A stretch of DNA of 64,000 bases. Source: Chiloscyllium plagiosum (lineage: Eukaryota). The notes below the pieces were generated by a model. It had not been told where the DNA came from and did no database searches. It worked only from the letters and a program-made list of their open reading frames with translations. Position 1 is the first letter of the stretch. Every line of letters begins with the position of its first letter. Location: assembly GCF_004010195.1 (NCBI RefSeq), contig NC_057753.1, positions 10,354,445 through 10,418,444 on the forward strand, written 5' to 3'. Positions 10,931 through 23,370 of the stretch are shown here, piece after piece. The position numbers were made by a program, and so were the translations under genes.

Positions 10931-13117
10931 TTCTTCACATTTGTTCCATTTGCCCACACAGGCGTTTCTTGTTGACTTTGTTCTGAGCAGTGTGGTTGCT
11001 TTCTCCCTTTCACACCTTCATTAAAACCCACATGATATCTCAATCGTTCCTTCACCATCGTTAACAATCTATGCCTTTGGCTCTGGGTACTCTCACTGTG
11101 TGTTCCCCTTGCTCTTACTCTCCCCTCTGTCTATGATACAAAAATCAGCATTTTCCAGCCCCTTTCAGTTCTGAACAAGAGTGAAATCAGACTCTAGACA
11201 TTAACTGTTTCTCACTCCACACATGTTTCTTGATATGAAAACTTCCTCCAGCACACACAAAGACAGAAGTGCCAACACCTATTTCTCCATGTGATGTTTC
11301 ATTTGTTCATGACACATTCCTTTGCTTTGGAGAGTTCTAATGCAGCATTTAATAGGGATCCATCAAAAGCAACATCCAGTCTTGTCTGAGAGCTGAATCA
11401 ACTCAACTGACTGTACAAGCTGCACAATTTTTCTATATGCTCTGTAAATGTGACATCCTCTTTCTTGTTAACCCAACAGGATGACAGAGGCTGGGAGTAC
11501 CATTCTCTCTAAACACGATTTCTAATCCACTGTTATTCCAGACTTGCATCTGTAACATCAAAACCTAAATAGTTAAAGCTCTGCAGCCTGATCTCCCACA
11601 AACAACAGAATGGTTTCAGCACAGAAGGAGCCTGCTCTAATGAAACAATGTCTGTTCTTAAATTCCATGTTAAGGATTATTATTGCATTAATCTGTTATA
11701 AATGGTGTCTGTTTCTGAAAGGCACAGAGAGGCATGCTTTTGGGGGAACCCTACGGGAATTTTCCGATCACAGAATCATACAGTACAGAAAACGCCCTTT
11801 GGCCCATCAAGTGTTTATCACCAATATAGTACCACTTACACTAGATTCATACAGCTGTACAGCATGGAACCTGACCCATTGGTGTCCAAAACGATAGGGC
11901 ATAGGTTTAAGGTGAGAGGGAAAGGAGGATCTAAGGGTAATCGTTTCACACAGAAGGTGATGCATGTATGGAATGAGCTGTCGGAGGGAGTGGTGGGTTC
12001 TAGTACAATTACAACATTTCAAAGGCATCTGGATAGATACAGTGGTTGAGAGAGATATGGATCAAATGATGGCAAATGGGACAAGATTAATTTCGGATAT
12101 CTGGTCAGCAAGGCCAAGTTGGATGGAAAGGTCAGTTTCTGTACTCTCCAGCTCCATGGTGGGGACATAACCCGTGTCCACATTCCCCCCTCCACCCTGC
12201 CACTAGCTCCCAGGCTCTGAGCTACGCAACATCATTGGGTCATCCAGACCCTGACAATTTCCAAATAGCTCCGGGCATTTCTCACAAGCACCACTCGGAT
12301 TGTCAGCCACCATCAGAAACTTTAGTTGTCCTTTCTGTCCAACCTTCAGCACTGGGCGAGCATTCTCTGTTCCCGTTGTGGGATCGTGTTCAAATAGCGA
12401 CCAAAATCAGCGACGTGTGCAACCGCAAGTTGCACAAGTTTGAGATGGTGATGGATTCGCGAAATACCATCCTTACAGCAGCTTCTTTACACACTGTTCT
12501 TACAGAGATTAACACTCCGTCACTATGGTGTCCCATTGTTTTATCTATTGTACACAAACGCTGGCTGCTACTCCCGATAGGATTGAGATTGTTTGTGTGG
12601 TCTGCTTGCAGAATTAAGAGGTGACAGTCCTTTTGTCTTTTAAGTTAGCAAATGTCAGTAAAAATACTCGGCCTGTATGCCCCAAATAAGTTGGACATTG
12701 TACCTGCACTGAATAAAAGAATAAAGGATATTAAACTGCTTCCCGTGGCTGGGTTGCGAGACGTGTTTAGTATTTGCCGGCGTGAGTTTCATTCATTCCT
12801 GCAATTTCATGGAAGCGCAGTCTCGATAGTCAGTTTCTTAAAGGGGACAGTGGCTGCGAGTCGGGGAAACTGTTTGATGCTCTGTATCTGTGCAGGTCCC
12901 GAGAGATGGCTGGTAAGGACTGATTAATATAATTTTTCATGGAGACAAGATGGCAGGGGGTGGTATTGTTCTGAATATGTTACTGCGTAGAGTTAGCTTT
13001 TGATGTAGAAATAAGCCTAAACAACGCTTGTAACAAGAGCTGTTAAGGGTTGAAGGTGTGAAAAAGCAGGAATGACTTGAAAGGTGTTTTAATTCAGTCT
13101 ATCTTGTAATTGTTTTA

Positions 13118-13428
13118 GATTAGATTACATTACAGTGTGGAAACAGGCCCTTCGGCCCAACAAGTCCACACCGACCCGCCAAAGCGTAACCCACCCATTC
13201 CCCTACATTTACCCCTAACCTAACACTACGGGCAATTTAGCATGGCCAATTCACCTGACCTGCACATCTTTGGACTGTGGGAGGAAACCGGAGCACCCGG
13301 GGGAAACCCACGCAGACACGGGGAGAACGTGCAAACTCCACACAGTCAGTCGCCTGAGGCGGGAATTGAACCCGGGTCTCTGGCGCTGGGAGGCAGAAGT
13401 ACTAACCACAGTGCCACCGTGCTGCCCA
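13118..13428 (-). mobile_element. HE1-type tRNA-derived V-SINE, full length
   Basis: A box TGGCACTGTGG, B box GGTTCAATTCC, conserved body, (TCTAA)n tail. Confidence 0.9.
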
Positions 13429-13869
13429 GTAATAGTAAAATAGACTGCAAAACCGCGGTTTTCTGAATGAATGAAGCCGCATAATAGGAAGGAGTTATGA
13501 ATGAATCAAACGGGAATGCAGTATTATTAGATATAGGGCACTTGTGAGCAGGTTAGAAAAGACTTATGAGTAAATAGAAAGCGTTTGTGGGTTAGTAAAG
13601 AGACCACTTTATAATACAACATCTCACACTATGTTATCGTCCTCACAGCCTCATGGAAAGGGAGAAATCAGAGCCAATCTTTACACAGGGTAGATTTCTT
13701 CACATGTATGCACCTCCCAACTCTACTGCATGTTTCAAATCAGTAAGTGTGTCTTAAAATAGGTGTTCAATTCACCAGGAAATGTACGCCCCCTTGAATA
13801 CTAATAGAAGTCACACCCACAAAGCATTCAAACGTTCTCTGGATCGGTGCCACCTTTGTGTGTGGCTGC

Positions 13870-14674
13870 ATCAAGCTGTGCATGGATCCCCAGTACGCAA
13901 ACACCGAGTGTAACTACTTACTGAGGTTCTACCTGTCCCCGGTGTTGCAAAGGATGGGCCTGGCCTTGCAGCCGCGGAATACTGAGTAGTTGGACCGTTC
14001 CGTATCACCTGACCTTCGTGGAGAAGTTTATGAAGAAAAACACTATTGATCACAAGTCCATCAGGAAATGGTCAGCACGTAATGTCCTTGAGACCCTTCG
14101 GGAAAAGGAGAGGGCGGATCCTATTGAGCAGTTCCCTGAGCAGACTGTCAAAGCCATTTGGCAGAATGCTTCATCGCCAGAACTTTCCAACAAGCACCAA
14201 GACATGGCTTGGCTGGTGGTGAGAAGGGCTCTGCCTGTGAGATCCTTTATGCACGCCCGGACTCTCAGCCACACCGCACGCTGCCCTCGAAGCGGCTGCG
14301 GGGCGAAACCTGTTGATCTTCCTGCTGAAGGAGTTGACCCCAACTGAGTGTTGCAGACTGGCACATTCCAAGGTCCAAGACTATGTGTTGAGGGACGCGC
14401 TGAAGGTTGGGGCAGCTGCCGCCAAGGCGCGGTGGGGAAGGACCACCGTGTAACGTCTGCCTGCCTAATAAGAACAGGGGGCCCACGCAGTCTTTTGGGC
14501 TCTGCTGACGCCTCAGCTAAATATATGGACATATGATTGATAAACGTACAGACCTGTATATACAAATGATAAATTCTGATCTCTGTAAATGTTTATGTAT
14601 GTATGGCATGACCAACTGTACAGACCATCAAATTATTTTATGAATAAAGTATATTTTTGAAATTAAAAAAAAAA
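13870..14674 (+). mobile_element. Tx1-like LINE 3' end with poly(A), abutting a ZNF remnant
   Basis: WQNASSPELSNKHQDMAWLVVRRALPVRSF..RCPRSGCG; SKVQDYVLRDALKVG..ARWGRTTV*; AATAAA 14643-14648, A-tail to ~14674. Confidence 0.85.
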
Positions 14675-14852
14675 TGACTGGATTGGTGTCTGAACAGATG
14701 GGATGACTGACTGAATACCTTCCTGCAGACGGAGCAGGTGAACGGTCTCTCCCCAGTGTGGACAGGCTGGTGTCTCTGCAGGGAAGACCAATCAATAAAT
14801 CCCTTCCCGCACACAGAGCAGGTGAATGGCCTCTCCCTGGTGTGGACCTGCT
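14675..14852 (-). pseudogene. C2H2 ZNF remnant, two fingers
   Basis: [56 protein letters not shown], truncated by the Tx1 tail. Confidence 0.88.
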
Positions 14853-15680
14853 CAGTCACTTGAAAGAAAACTCGATTTAAATTTAAGGCCATACATGCTA
14901 TTCTGCTAAGTTACTCCAATTAATTGGTAATTTTTTTGGTTTTTAAATGTGAAAACTTAGTGTATAGTTCTTCCAGTTAATCACTGGGTATTCAAATTTC
15001 TCTTCAGAACTAAAGATCATAACAAAACTGGGTGTCACTGTGGGATTTTAAATCTGTAGGGTGTGCTTAGTAAAGTTTGAATGAATAATATTTCAAAGTG
15101 AATTTTATCATGTTAAGTACCAAGACTTTCTGGAGAGGAAAGATTTGCCCACAAAATAAGTGTTGGTTCTGTAGAAAATGAGTCTGGGGACTCAAAAACA
15201 GAGAATAAAGAGATGGCAGATGAATTGAAAAGAGCTTGAATGTCTTTACTAGAGAGGATACAAGAAACACCCTGGTACTAGCTGTAAATCAGGAATTGAA
15301 AGGGAGGGAGGAACTGAAGAAAATTACAATTACCAGGGAAGTAGTACTGAGTAAACTGTTGGAACTACTGGTTGACAAGTCCCAGGTACCCGAAGGATTT
15401 CATCCTAGAATCTTACAGAAAAACTGGCTAGTGAAATAGTTAATGCATTGGTTTTAATTTTCCAAATTTTCCAAACCACATTAGTTTCAGGGAAGGTTTC
15501 TTTAGATTGGAAAATTGCTTTCTTCAAAAATGGAGACCAAGAACAGGAAACTGTTTACCTATGTCATAGGGAAAATGTTCAAAGCTATTATTAAAGATGT
15601 TATGACAGGGCACTTGTATAAGTTCAAGGTAATCAGGCAGTGTGAATGTGTTTTTGTCAATGGGAAATAATGTTTTGAAG

Positions 15681-15930
15681 AACGGGTTCTCCGTACTGCG
15701 ACTGAGCTATTGAATCTCCAGTACCGACAGGGAATGGAATCCCTTCCCACAGTCTCCACATTTCCACGACTTCTCCGCAGTTCTAGTGTCCTTTTGGCTC
15801 TCTGTTTCCGATTAACAATTGAAACTGTAATCACACTCAGGAAGCATGTGCGAATACTGTAATGATTCTTCAGTCTGAGTAACTGGTTACAGCTCCTTCC
15901 CACAGTCAGCTCACTGGGACACTCTCAACA
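15681..15930 (-). pseudogene. C2H2 ZNF remnant, N-terminal finger (probably the same dead gene as 14675-14852)
   Basis: Minus strand reads [22 protein letters not shown]; separated from the other remnant by LINE debris. Confidence 0.75.
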
Positions 15931-15939
15931 AGAGGAAAA

Positions 15940-16515
15940 AAACATACAAACGTTGAGCAACGAGACAAAATGCAAAGGCAATAAAATGTCGAACCACTGG
16001 GGAAAAAATTGTGGCTCTGCCCCTTTTATTTCCTTTTGGCATTTGGACTCTTAAAATTTGTCAGTAACACCATCCACACGTAGAGCATACTGCGCATGTT
16101 TGCCGGTGTCAGCAAAGCCGTGCGCATGCCCGCCGGTGTCAGCAAAACACTGGGCGTGCTCATCACTGTCCGTAAAAAAAAAGGGGCGCGACCTTTGCTT
16201 GATTGACCAATACAGAGTCCTGGAGGACCGGAGGGAGTCTGGTCCTCCTGCCAATCACAGCCACTCCATTGTCTGAATGCAGACGTTGGTCCATGAGCTT
16301 TTGAAGCTGCTACTCCTGTTCCTCTCTCTGAATAAAGACTGAGCTTCACCCAGACGGCAAATTCCTTCCTCTGTCTAAGATCTGTGAGTACGGCTCTCTC
16401 TTTTCCATTTTGGGATTCAATTATTGACTTGCAGCAATTGAAAGGAAAGGGAGTGAATCCGGGAGGGGACAGACTCTGGAAACGTTGGTGCAGGTCTGTG
16501 TCTCAATTGGCAAAA
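15940..16515 (+). promoter_or_regulatory. ZNF promoter/exon-1 module, copy M3
   Basis: TGCGCATG at 16091 and 16121; CCAAT near 16207 and at 16251; donor GTGAGT 16384-16389. Confidence 0.62.
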
Positions 16516-17280
16516 TAAACAGGCAGGAGACTTGAAGAACACAACAAGCCAGGCAGTATCAGGAGGTGGAGAAGTCGACATTTCGGGTGTAATCCTTCTT
16601 CAGGACTGGGGCCTGGTGTAGGGGGAGATGCAGATAAAGGGGATGCAAAGGGCAGTATGGTGAAGTGTGGATAAGTGAAGGCAGGCCGAGATCTGGTTGG
16701 TGGCATGGACTAGTGGAAATGAGCGGTCCAGGGTTGGGAGGTTATTTGGGTTGGGTTGGGAGGTTATTTGAAAGTGGAGATAACAATGTTGAGTCCTCCG
16801 AGCTGTAGCTCGCCCAGGCAGAGGATGAAGTGTTTTTTTTAGATTACTTTACAGTGTGGAAACAGGCCCTTCGGCCCGCTGAAGCGCAACCCACCCATAC
16901 CCCTACATTTACCCCTTACCTGACACTAGGGTCAATTTAGCCTGGCCAATTCACCTAACCTGCACATTTTTTGGACTGTGGGAGGAAACCGGAGCACCGG
17001 AAACCCACGCAGACACGGGGAGAACGTGCAAACTCCACACAGTCAGGGTCTCTGGCGCTGTGAGGCAGCAGTGCTAGCCACCGTGCCGCCCTCCAATTTG
17101 CGGTTTGGTTCGTTGTGACAATGGAGGAGGCCAAAGATGGTCTTGCCAGAAAGAGAATGGGAAGGGGAATTAAAATGGGTGGTGACTGTGAGGTCCGTTC
17201 AGCCTCTGCCGATCCAGCTGCTCTGCTCAGCGAATCGTTCCCCAAGTTTACGCTTGGTCTCCCCAATGTACAGAAGACCA
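16516..17280 (-). mobile_element. Penelope-like 3' fragment (GIY-YIG C-terminus plus hammerhead) interrupted by an HE1 SINE (~16838-17092)
   Basis: Minus strand encodes ..HFNSPS..TIFGLLHCHNEPNRKL..; AGTC-CTGAAGA..GAAA-TG-TC-GACT at 16607-16573. Confidence 0.8.
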
Positions 17281-18397
17281 CAATTTGCAAACACGTGGCA
17301 AACGTGAAGCTTTAGCATTTGCTGTGGAAAAAAAAAAGCAGAAAGGAGGTGTATTATTTAAATGGTGACGTATTGGGATGTGGAGAAAGTGAGAATTGCA
17401 GATACTGGAGATCAGAGTCAAAAGGTGTGGTATTGGAAAAGCACAGCAGGTTAGGCAGCATCCAAGGAGCAGAAGAGTCAACATTTTGGGCACGGGCCCT
17501 TCTTCAGGAATGATGTGTGGATGTATAGAGGGACCTCAGCATCCTTTCTACACCAGTCAATGCCAGTTGTCAGACAGATGCAGCAAGCAATCAGCAAGGC
17601 AAGTGGTATATTAGCAAGAGAAGTTGAGATCAGAAGTGGGGATGTCTTTCTGCAGTTAGGGGGTCGTTGAATATATTCAAGACAGTGTTCATCTGGTTTT
17701 TGAACAGCAAAGCCTTATGGGGGAAGGCAAGAAAATGATTTTAAGACCAATTTGCGGTTTGGTTCGTTGTGACAATGGAGGAGGCCAAAGATGGTCATGC
17801 CAGAAAGAGTGGGAAGGGGAATTAAAATGGGTGGTGACTGTGAGGTCCGTTCAGCCTCTGCCGATCCAGCTGCTATGCTCAGCGAATCGTTCCCCAAGTT
17901 TACGCTTGGTCTCCCCTATGTACAGAAGACCACAATTTGCAAACACGTGGCAAACGTGAAGCTTTAGCCTTTGCTGTGGAAAAAAAAGCAGAAAGGAGGT
18001 GTATTATTTAAATGGTGATGTATTGGAATGCGGAGAAAGTGAGAATTGCAGATACTGGAGAGCAGAGTCAAAAAGTGTGGTATTGGAAAAGCACAGCAGG
18101 TTAGGCAGCATCCAAGGAGCAGAAGAGTCAACATTTTGGGCACGGGCCCTTCTTCAGGAATGATGTGTGAATGTACAAAGGGACCTCAGCGTCCTTTCTA
18201 CACCAGTCAATGCCAGTTGTCAGTCAGGTGCAGCAAGCAATCAGCAAGGCAAGTGGTATATTGGCAAGAGGAATTGAGTTCATAAGTGGGGATGTCTTTC
18301 TGCAGTTAGGGGGTTGTTGAATATATTCAAGACAGTGTTCATCTGGTTTTTGAACAGCAAAGCCTTATGGGGAAGGCAAGAAAATGATTTTAAGACC
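17094..18397. repeat. ~650-bp near-identical tandem duplication
   Basis: ccaatttgcggtttggttcg begins at about 17094 and 17747; both units end aaaatgattttaagacca. Confidence 0.9.
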
Positions 18398-18409
18398 AGT
18401 CTAGAACAG

Positions 18410-19450
18410 TTATAGTGTCAGACAGCACAGAAACAGACCCTTCAGTCCAACTGATCCATGCTGAATATATTCACAAATTCAACTGATCCCACCTAGTGTG
18501 TGGCCCATATCCCTCTGAACCTTTCCTATTCATGTACTTATCCAAATGTCTTTTAAACATTGTAACTGTACCTGCATTCACCACTTCCTCTGGACATTCA
18601 TTCCACACACCAACTATTCTCTGTGTAAAAAAATAAAGGTGCCTCTCATGCCTTTTTAAAATCTTTCTTCCCTCTCCTTCAAATTTGCTGCATAATCTTG
18701 TTACCCCCGCCCTTGGGAAAGGATACCCGGTGGTCACCTTATCTATGTCCGTCATGATTTTATACACCTCCTGTAAGGTCACCTCTCAACCTCCTGTGCT
18801 CCAGTGAAAAAGTCCCAGTCTATCCACCGAGAAGTTGGTTAATATCCCGTTATGATTTGTTCAATGCCGGTGCAAGCTCAAAAGACCAAATGACCTACTC
18901 CTGCTCCCAATTCTCTCACTGTGTCCAGGACAACAAGAGATCATAAGACATAGGAGCAGAAATTAGGCAATTCATCCCATCAGCTGTCATAGAATCATAG
19001 ACATGTACAGCATGGAAACAAACCCTTCGGTCCAACCCATCCATGCCAACCAGCTATCCCAACCCAACCTAGTCCCACCTGCCAGCACCTGGCCCATATC
19101 CCTCCAAACCCTTCCTATTCATATACCCATCCAAATGCCTCTTAAATGTTGCAATTGTACCAGCCTCCACCACATCCTCTGGCAGCTCATTCCATACATA
19201 TACCACCCTCTATGTGAAAAGGTTGCCTCTTCAGTCTCTTTTATATCTTTCCCCTCTCATCCTAAATCTATGCCCTCTAGTTCTAGACCCTGACCCCAGG
19301 GAAAAGACTTCATCTCTTTATCCTATCCATACCCCTCATAATTTTGTAAACCTCTATAAGGCCACCCCTCAGCCTCTGACGCTCCAGGGAAAATAGACCC
19401 AGCCTGTTCAACCACTCCCTATAGCTTAAATCCTCCAACCCTGACAACAT
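18410..19450 (-). mobile_element. CR1/HER1 LINE 3' fragments running into an N-gap
   Basis: FFTQRIVGVWNECPEEVVNAGTVTMFKRHLDKYMNRKG; second copy from ~18990. Confidence 0.85.
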
Positions 19451-20029
19451 NNNNNNNNNNNNNNNNNNNNNNNNNNNNNNNNNNNNNNNNNNNNNNNNNN
19501 NNNNNNNNNNNNNNNNNNNNNNNNNNNNNNNNNNNNNNNNNNNNNNNNNNNNNNNNNNNNNNNNNNNNNNNNNNNNNNNNNNNNNNNNNNNNNNNNNNNN
19601 NNNNNNNNNNNNNNNNNNNNNNNNNNNNNNNNNNNNNNNNNNNNNNNNNNNNNNNNNNNNNNNNNNNNNNNNNNNNNNNNNNNNNNNNNNNNNNNNNNNN
19701 NNNNNNNNNNNNNNNNNNNNNNNNNNNNNNNNNNNNNNNNNNNNNNNNNNNNNNNNNNNNNNNNNNNNNNNNNNNNNNNNNNNNNNNNNNNNNNNNNNNN
19801 NNNNNNNNNNNNNNNNNNNNNNNNNNNNNNNNNNNNNNNNNNNNNNNNNNNNNNNNNNNNNNNNNNNNNNNNNNNNNNNNNNNNNNNNNNNNNNNNNNNN
19901 NNNNNNNNNNNNNNNNNNNNNNNNNNNNNNNNNNNNNNNNNNNNNNNNNNAGAGAGTGGGTTACTTTTCAGAGAGTTGGTATGGGCTGGCTGCGCCAAAG
20001 GGCCTGTTTCTACACTGTAGGGAATCTAA

Positions 20030-20642
20030 CCCAGTTCTTTGAAAGTTGCATCAGTTGTAGACATGGTGGTTAAGAAGTCCTTTAACACCATTGCCTTCAC
20101 TGTTCACATCGTTGAGTATAGGAGTTTGGACATCCTGTTGAGGCTGTACAGGATGTTGTGGTGAGGACACTTTCTGGGTACTGAGTACGGTTCTGGTGGC
20201 CCTGTAATAGGAAGAATTCTATTAAGAGGGTTCGGTAAAGATTTACCAGGACGTTGCCAGGACTGGAGGGTTTGAGTTATAAGGAGAGCCTGGGACTTTT
20301 TTCACAGGAGGATGAGGGGTGACCTCATTGGGACTTATAAAATCACGAGGAGTGGAGGTAAGGTGAATAGCAAAGGGGGAGCTCGAAACTAGGGGCATTT
20401 GTTTTAAGGTGAGAGGAAAGAGATTTAAAAAGAACCTGAGGGGCAATGTTTTGACAGAGGGTGGTTTGTGTGTGGAATGAACCTGCTGAGGAAGTGGTAG
20501 ATGCAGGGACAGTTGCAGTGTTTAAATTATGTTTGGATGGGTACATGAATAGAAAGGTTTAAGAGGGATATGGGCCAAATGCAGGCAAGTGGCATTAGTT
20601 TAGTTTGAGAATCTGGGTCGGTCTAGATTAGTTGGACCAAAG
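20030..20642 (+). mobile_element. CR1 LINE fragment
   Basis: Degenerate ORF2 3' end and UTR. Confidence 0.75.
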
Positions 20643-21329
20643 GGGGTTGACAGGATAGATGCAGATCAGATGCTCCATTGGTGGGATTCTGACTCCTCCA
20701 CCCCCACAATGTGCAAGCAGGCCATTCAGCCCATCTATTCCACAATGGCCCTCCAAAGAGCATCCCACCCATACCCACCCCTTTACTCCTTATTTCCCAT
20801 TGCCAATCCACCCTAACCTGCACATCCCTGGTCACTATGGGTAATACAGTACAGCCAATCCACCCTAACCTACACCCTTATCTATAAATTAGCTTCTCCA
20901 GAATGTAATTTAAATGCAGAGCTTTTCTAAGAAAAATATCAGTCTGACTCAACATTGGGACACAGAGTCTCTTAAAGGGATATTTCTGCTTATAAATAGG
21001 GCAACGTCTCTTCGAAATATAGATTCATTTAGATATGACTGCGTCACTTTACATATTAAGATAATCCTTTGAATGCCCGCATCCGTTTGAAATATAACCT
21101 TGTCCGTTTAATTCTCTTTATTTGCAGAAATAGCCCGTTAAAATATCCATGCCCTTTAAAATGCAGATTTCCCCCTTTAGATATGACAAGGTATCGTTAT
21201 ATGTCAGAATATCTGTTTAAATTGAGCCGTGAGCTTTCCCAATGTAGACAGGGCTCCTGGAAACGTGGCAGTGTCCCCCCTGCAGCTGCAGAGCGAGACA
21301 GGAGAGTTTGTTTTTGTGAATGAGCAGTT

Positions 21330-21760
21330 GTAGCGCGAGGTGGCTGTTGCATGGTGACGGTGAGGCTCCCCCGGCCCCGCCCATCCCCCCGTGCAGACGT
21401 CACGCGGGGGCGAAGGCGGTTGGGAGGAGAAGTCGCTCGAGCGGGGAAGCGGCGGGAGGGCGGCCGTTAGGAAAATGGCGCCGTGCGGCCCGGGGCAGAC
21501 ACCCGTCACTGGGCACCGCCGCCTTCCTGGCGCAGCTGCTGTGTCACGCCCACACCGGCCGGCTGTACAGCAGCCAGGAGCCGGTGAGCATTCTGGAGGC
21601 GGATGGGGTTAAGGGCCTGCTTGGGAACTCGTCGGCCGCCTGGGTGGTGGAGTTCTACTGGTCGTGGGGCGGCCCCTGTGTCAACTATGGGGCCACCTGG
21701 AAGGTACTGGGCCCGGGAGGTGAAAGGTGAGGCAGGTTGGGGGGGGACGGAGGGGAAGGA
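21330..21760 (+). promoter_or_regulatory. CpG island with GC boxes, a CRE-like GACGTCA (21396-21402) and a YY1-like AAAATGGCG (21472-21480)
   Basis: Locally GC- and CpG-rich relative to the flanks. Confidence 0.7.
21475..21726 (+). pseudogene. QSOX: Sulfhydryl oxidase (QSOX, QSOX2-like) exon 1, damaged and orphan within this window
   Basis: Signal-peptide-like stretch then RLYSSQEPVSILEADGVKGLLGNSSAAWVVEFYWSWGGPCVNYGATWKVL(AREVK), matching the QSOX Trx1 N-terminus. WCGHC reads WGGPC, two frameshifts, donor AG|GTGAGG at 21727. Confidence 0.82.
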
Positions 21761-22364
21761 ATGTGGGGCCTGTCCTGTCATAGTGACATTTTACACTCAC
21801 TTTCCATCTGCTTTTACTGGCGCTTGTGCTTTTTACCTTCACTGTTTTTTAATCCTTTTTCCCCTTAATGTTACTTGTGCAATTGCTTACGCTGTGTGTA
21901 AGGAGATTATGCACCAGCATGTATATGTTCCTCAGATATTGAAAGGGCATGACCTATTTTGAGTGGTTAGTAAAGCATGTGGTATACTAAGCCCTGTTAA
22001 CATGGGTCTAGTTTGTTATTTGTCAAAGTATACTCTATTATTTAGAGTCAGAGATGTACAGCACTGAAACAGGCCCTTTGATCCTATCCATTCATGCTGT
22101 CCAGATATCCTAAATTAATCTAGTCCTAATTGCCAGCTCTTGAATCATATTCCTCTAAACCCTTATGATTCATATACCCATCCAGATGCCTTTTAAATGC
22201 TGTAATTGTACCAGACTCCATCACTTTCTCTGGCAGATCATTCCATACATGCTCCACCCCATGCTCTGCATGGAAAAGTTGCCCCTTAAGTACCTCTTAT
22301 ATCTTTCCACTCTCACCCTAAACCTATGCTGTTCTGAGCTTCACCCCAGCACTGGGGAAAAGAC

Positions 22365-22876
22365 ATAACAATGTTGAAACAGACAAATGCAAAAGCAATA
22401 AAATGTCAAGCTCTATGGCATTCTCTGATTGGCATTTAGACACTTAAAAGCAGTCAATAACACCAGCATGGCTACAGAGCAATTGTGTATGCTCCTCTGT
22501 GTCAACAAGAAGGGTGTGCATGTTTGCTGGTGTCACCAAAATATGGCACACGTTCCTTGTTGGCAGAAAAGGGGTGAGACCTACTTTTGATGGACCAATA
22601 AAGAGGACTGGAGGACCTGCCAGTCAGAGCTTCCTTATTGTCTGAATGCGGAAAGTGGGCCATGAGCTTCTGAAGTCTATCTCTCTATCAAGATTGAGCT
22701 TCTCCTCCTTCCTCTGTCCAACATCCGAGAGTATGGCACTCTTTCCTCACCCCTTTTCCATTTATGTTTCATTCTGGGGTCCAATTGACTTGGAGCAACT
22801 GAAAGGAAAAAGATTGAATCCAGGAAGGGTCAGGCACGGGGAAAAGTTGGTCCAGGTCTGTGTCTCAATTGGCAAA
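22365..22876 (+). promoter_or_regulatory. ZNF promoter/exon-1 module, copy M4 (CpG-decayed, donor mutated to GAGAGT)
   Basis: Homology to M3/M6; GCGGAAAGT; CCAAT near 22596. Confidence 0.55.
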
Positions 22877-23370
22877 ATAGACAGGCAGGAGGCTGGAAAA
22901 ACGCAGCAACCCGGCAGCATCAGGGGGTGGAGAAGTTGGTGTTTTGGGTGTAACCCTTCTTCAGGACTGTGCGTGGGTATGGGCGGGGAGGCTGCAGAAC
23001 AAGGGTATGTCAGGGGCAGAGTGCTGAAGTGGGGCTAGATGGAGACAGGTGGAGGGTATGGCCTGGTTGGTCATTGGGAGGAAGGAATCTGGTTGGTGGT
23101 AGGGAGGTTATTTGAATTTGGAGAACTCTACGTTGAGTCCTCTGGGCTGTTCGGCTGCTTGGGCGGAAGATGAGATGTTTCTCCAATTTGCGGTTTGGTT
23201 CATTATGGCAATTGAGGACACCTAAGGATGGTCATGTCAGAAAGGGAGTGGGAAGAGGAATTAAAATGTGTGGTGACTGGGATGTCTGGTCAGGCTCTGC
23301 TGACCGGCTGCGATGCTCAGTGAACTGTTCCCCAGATTTATGCTCTATCTCCCCAATGTAGAGAAGACCA
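22877..23370 (-). mobile_element. Penelope-like 3' fragment (paralogous to 16516-17280)
   Basis: Same GIY-YIG C-terminal sequence and insertion point. Confidence 0.78.

Noticed and set aside
12346..12480. Minus-strand peptide containing HVADFG (kinase-like DFG)
   Set aside because: No other kinase motifs and a stop follows shortly; likely chance
14638..14892. 84-aa ZNF ORF as a functional gene
   Set aside because: Chimeric frame of two leftover fingers and antisense Tx1 tail
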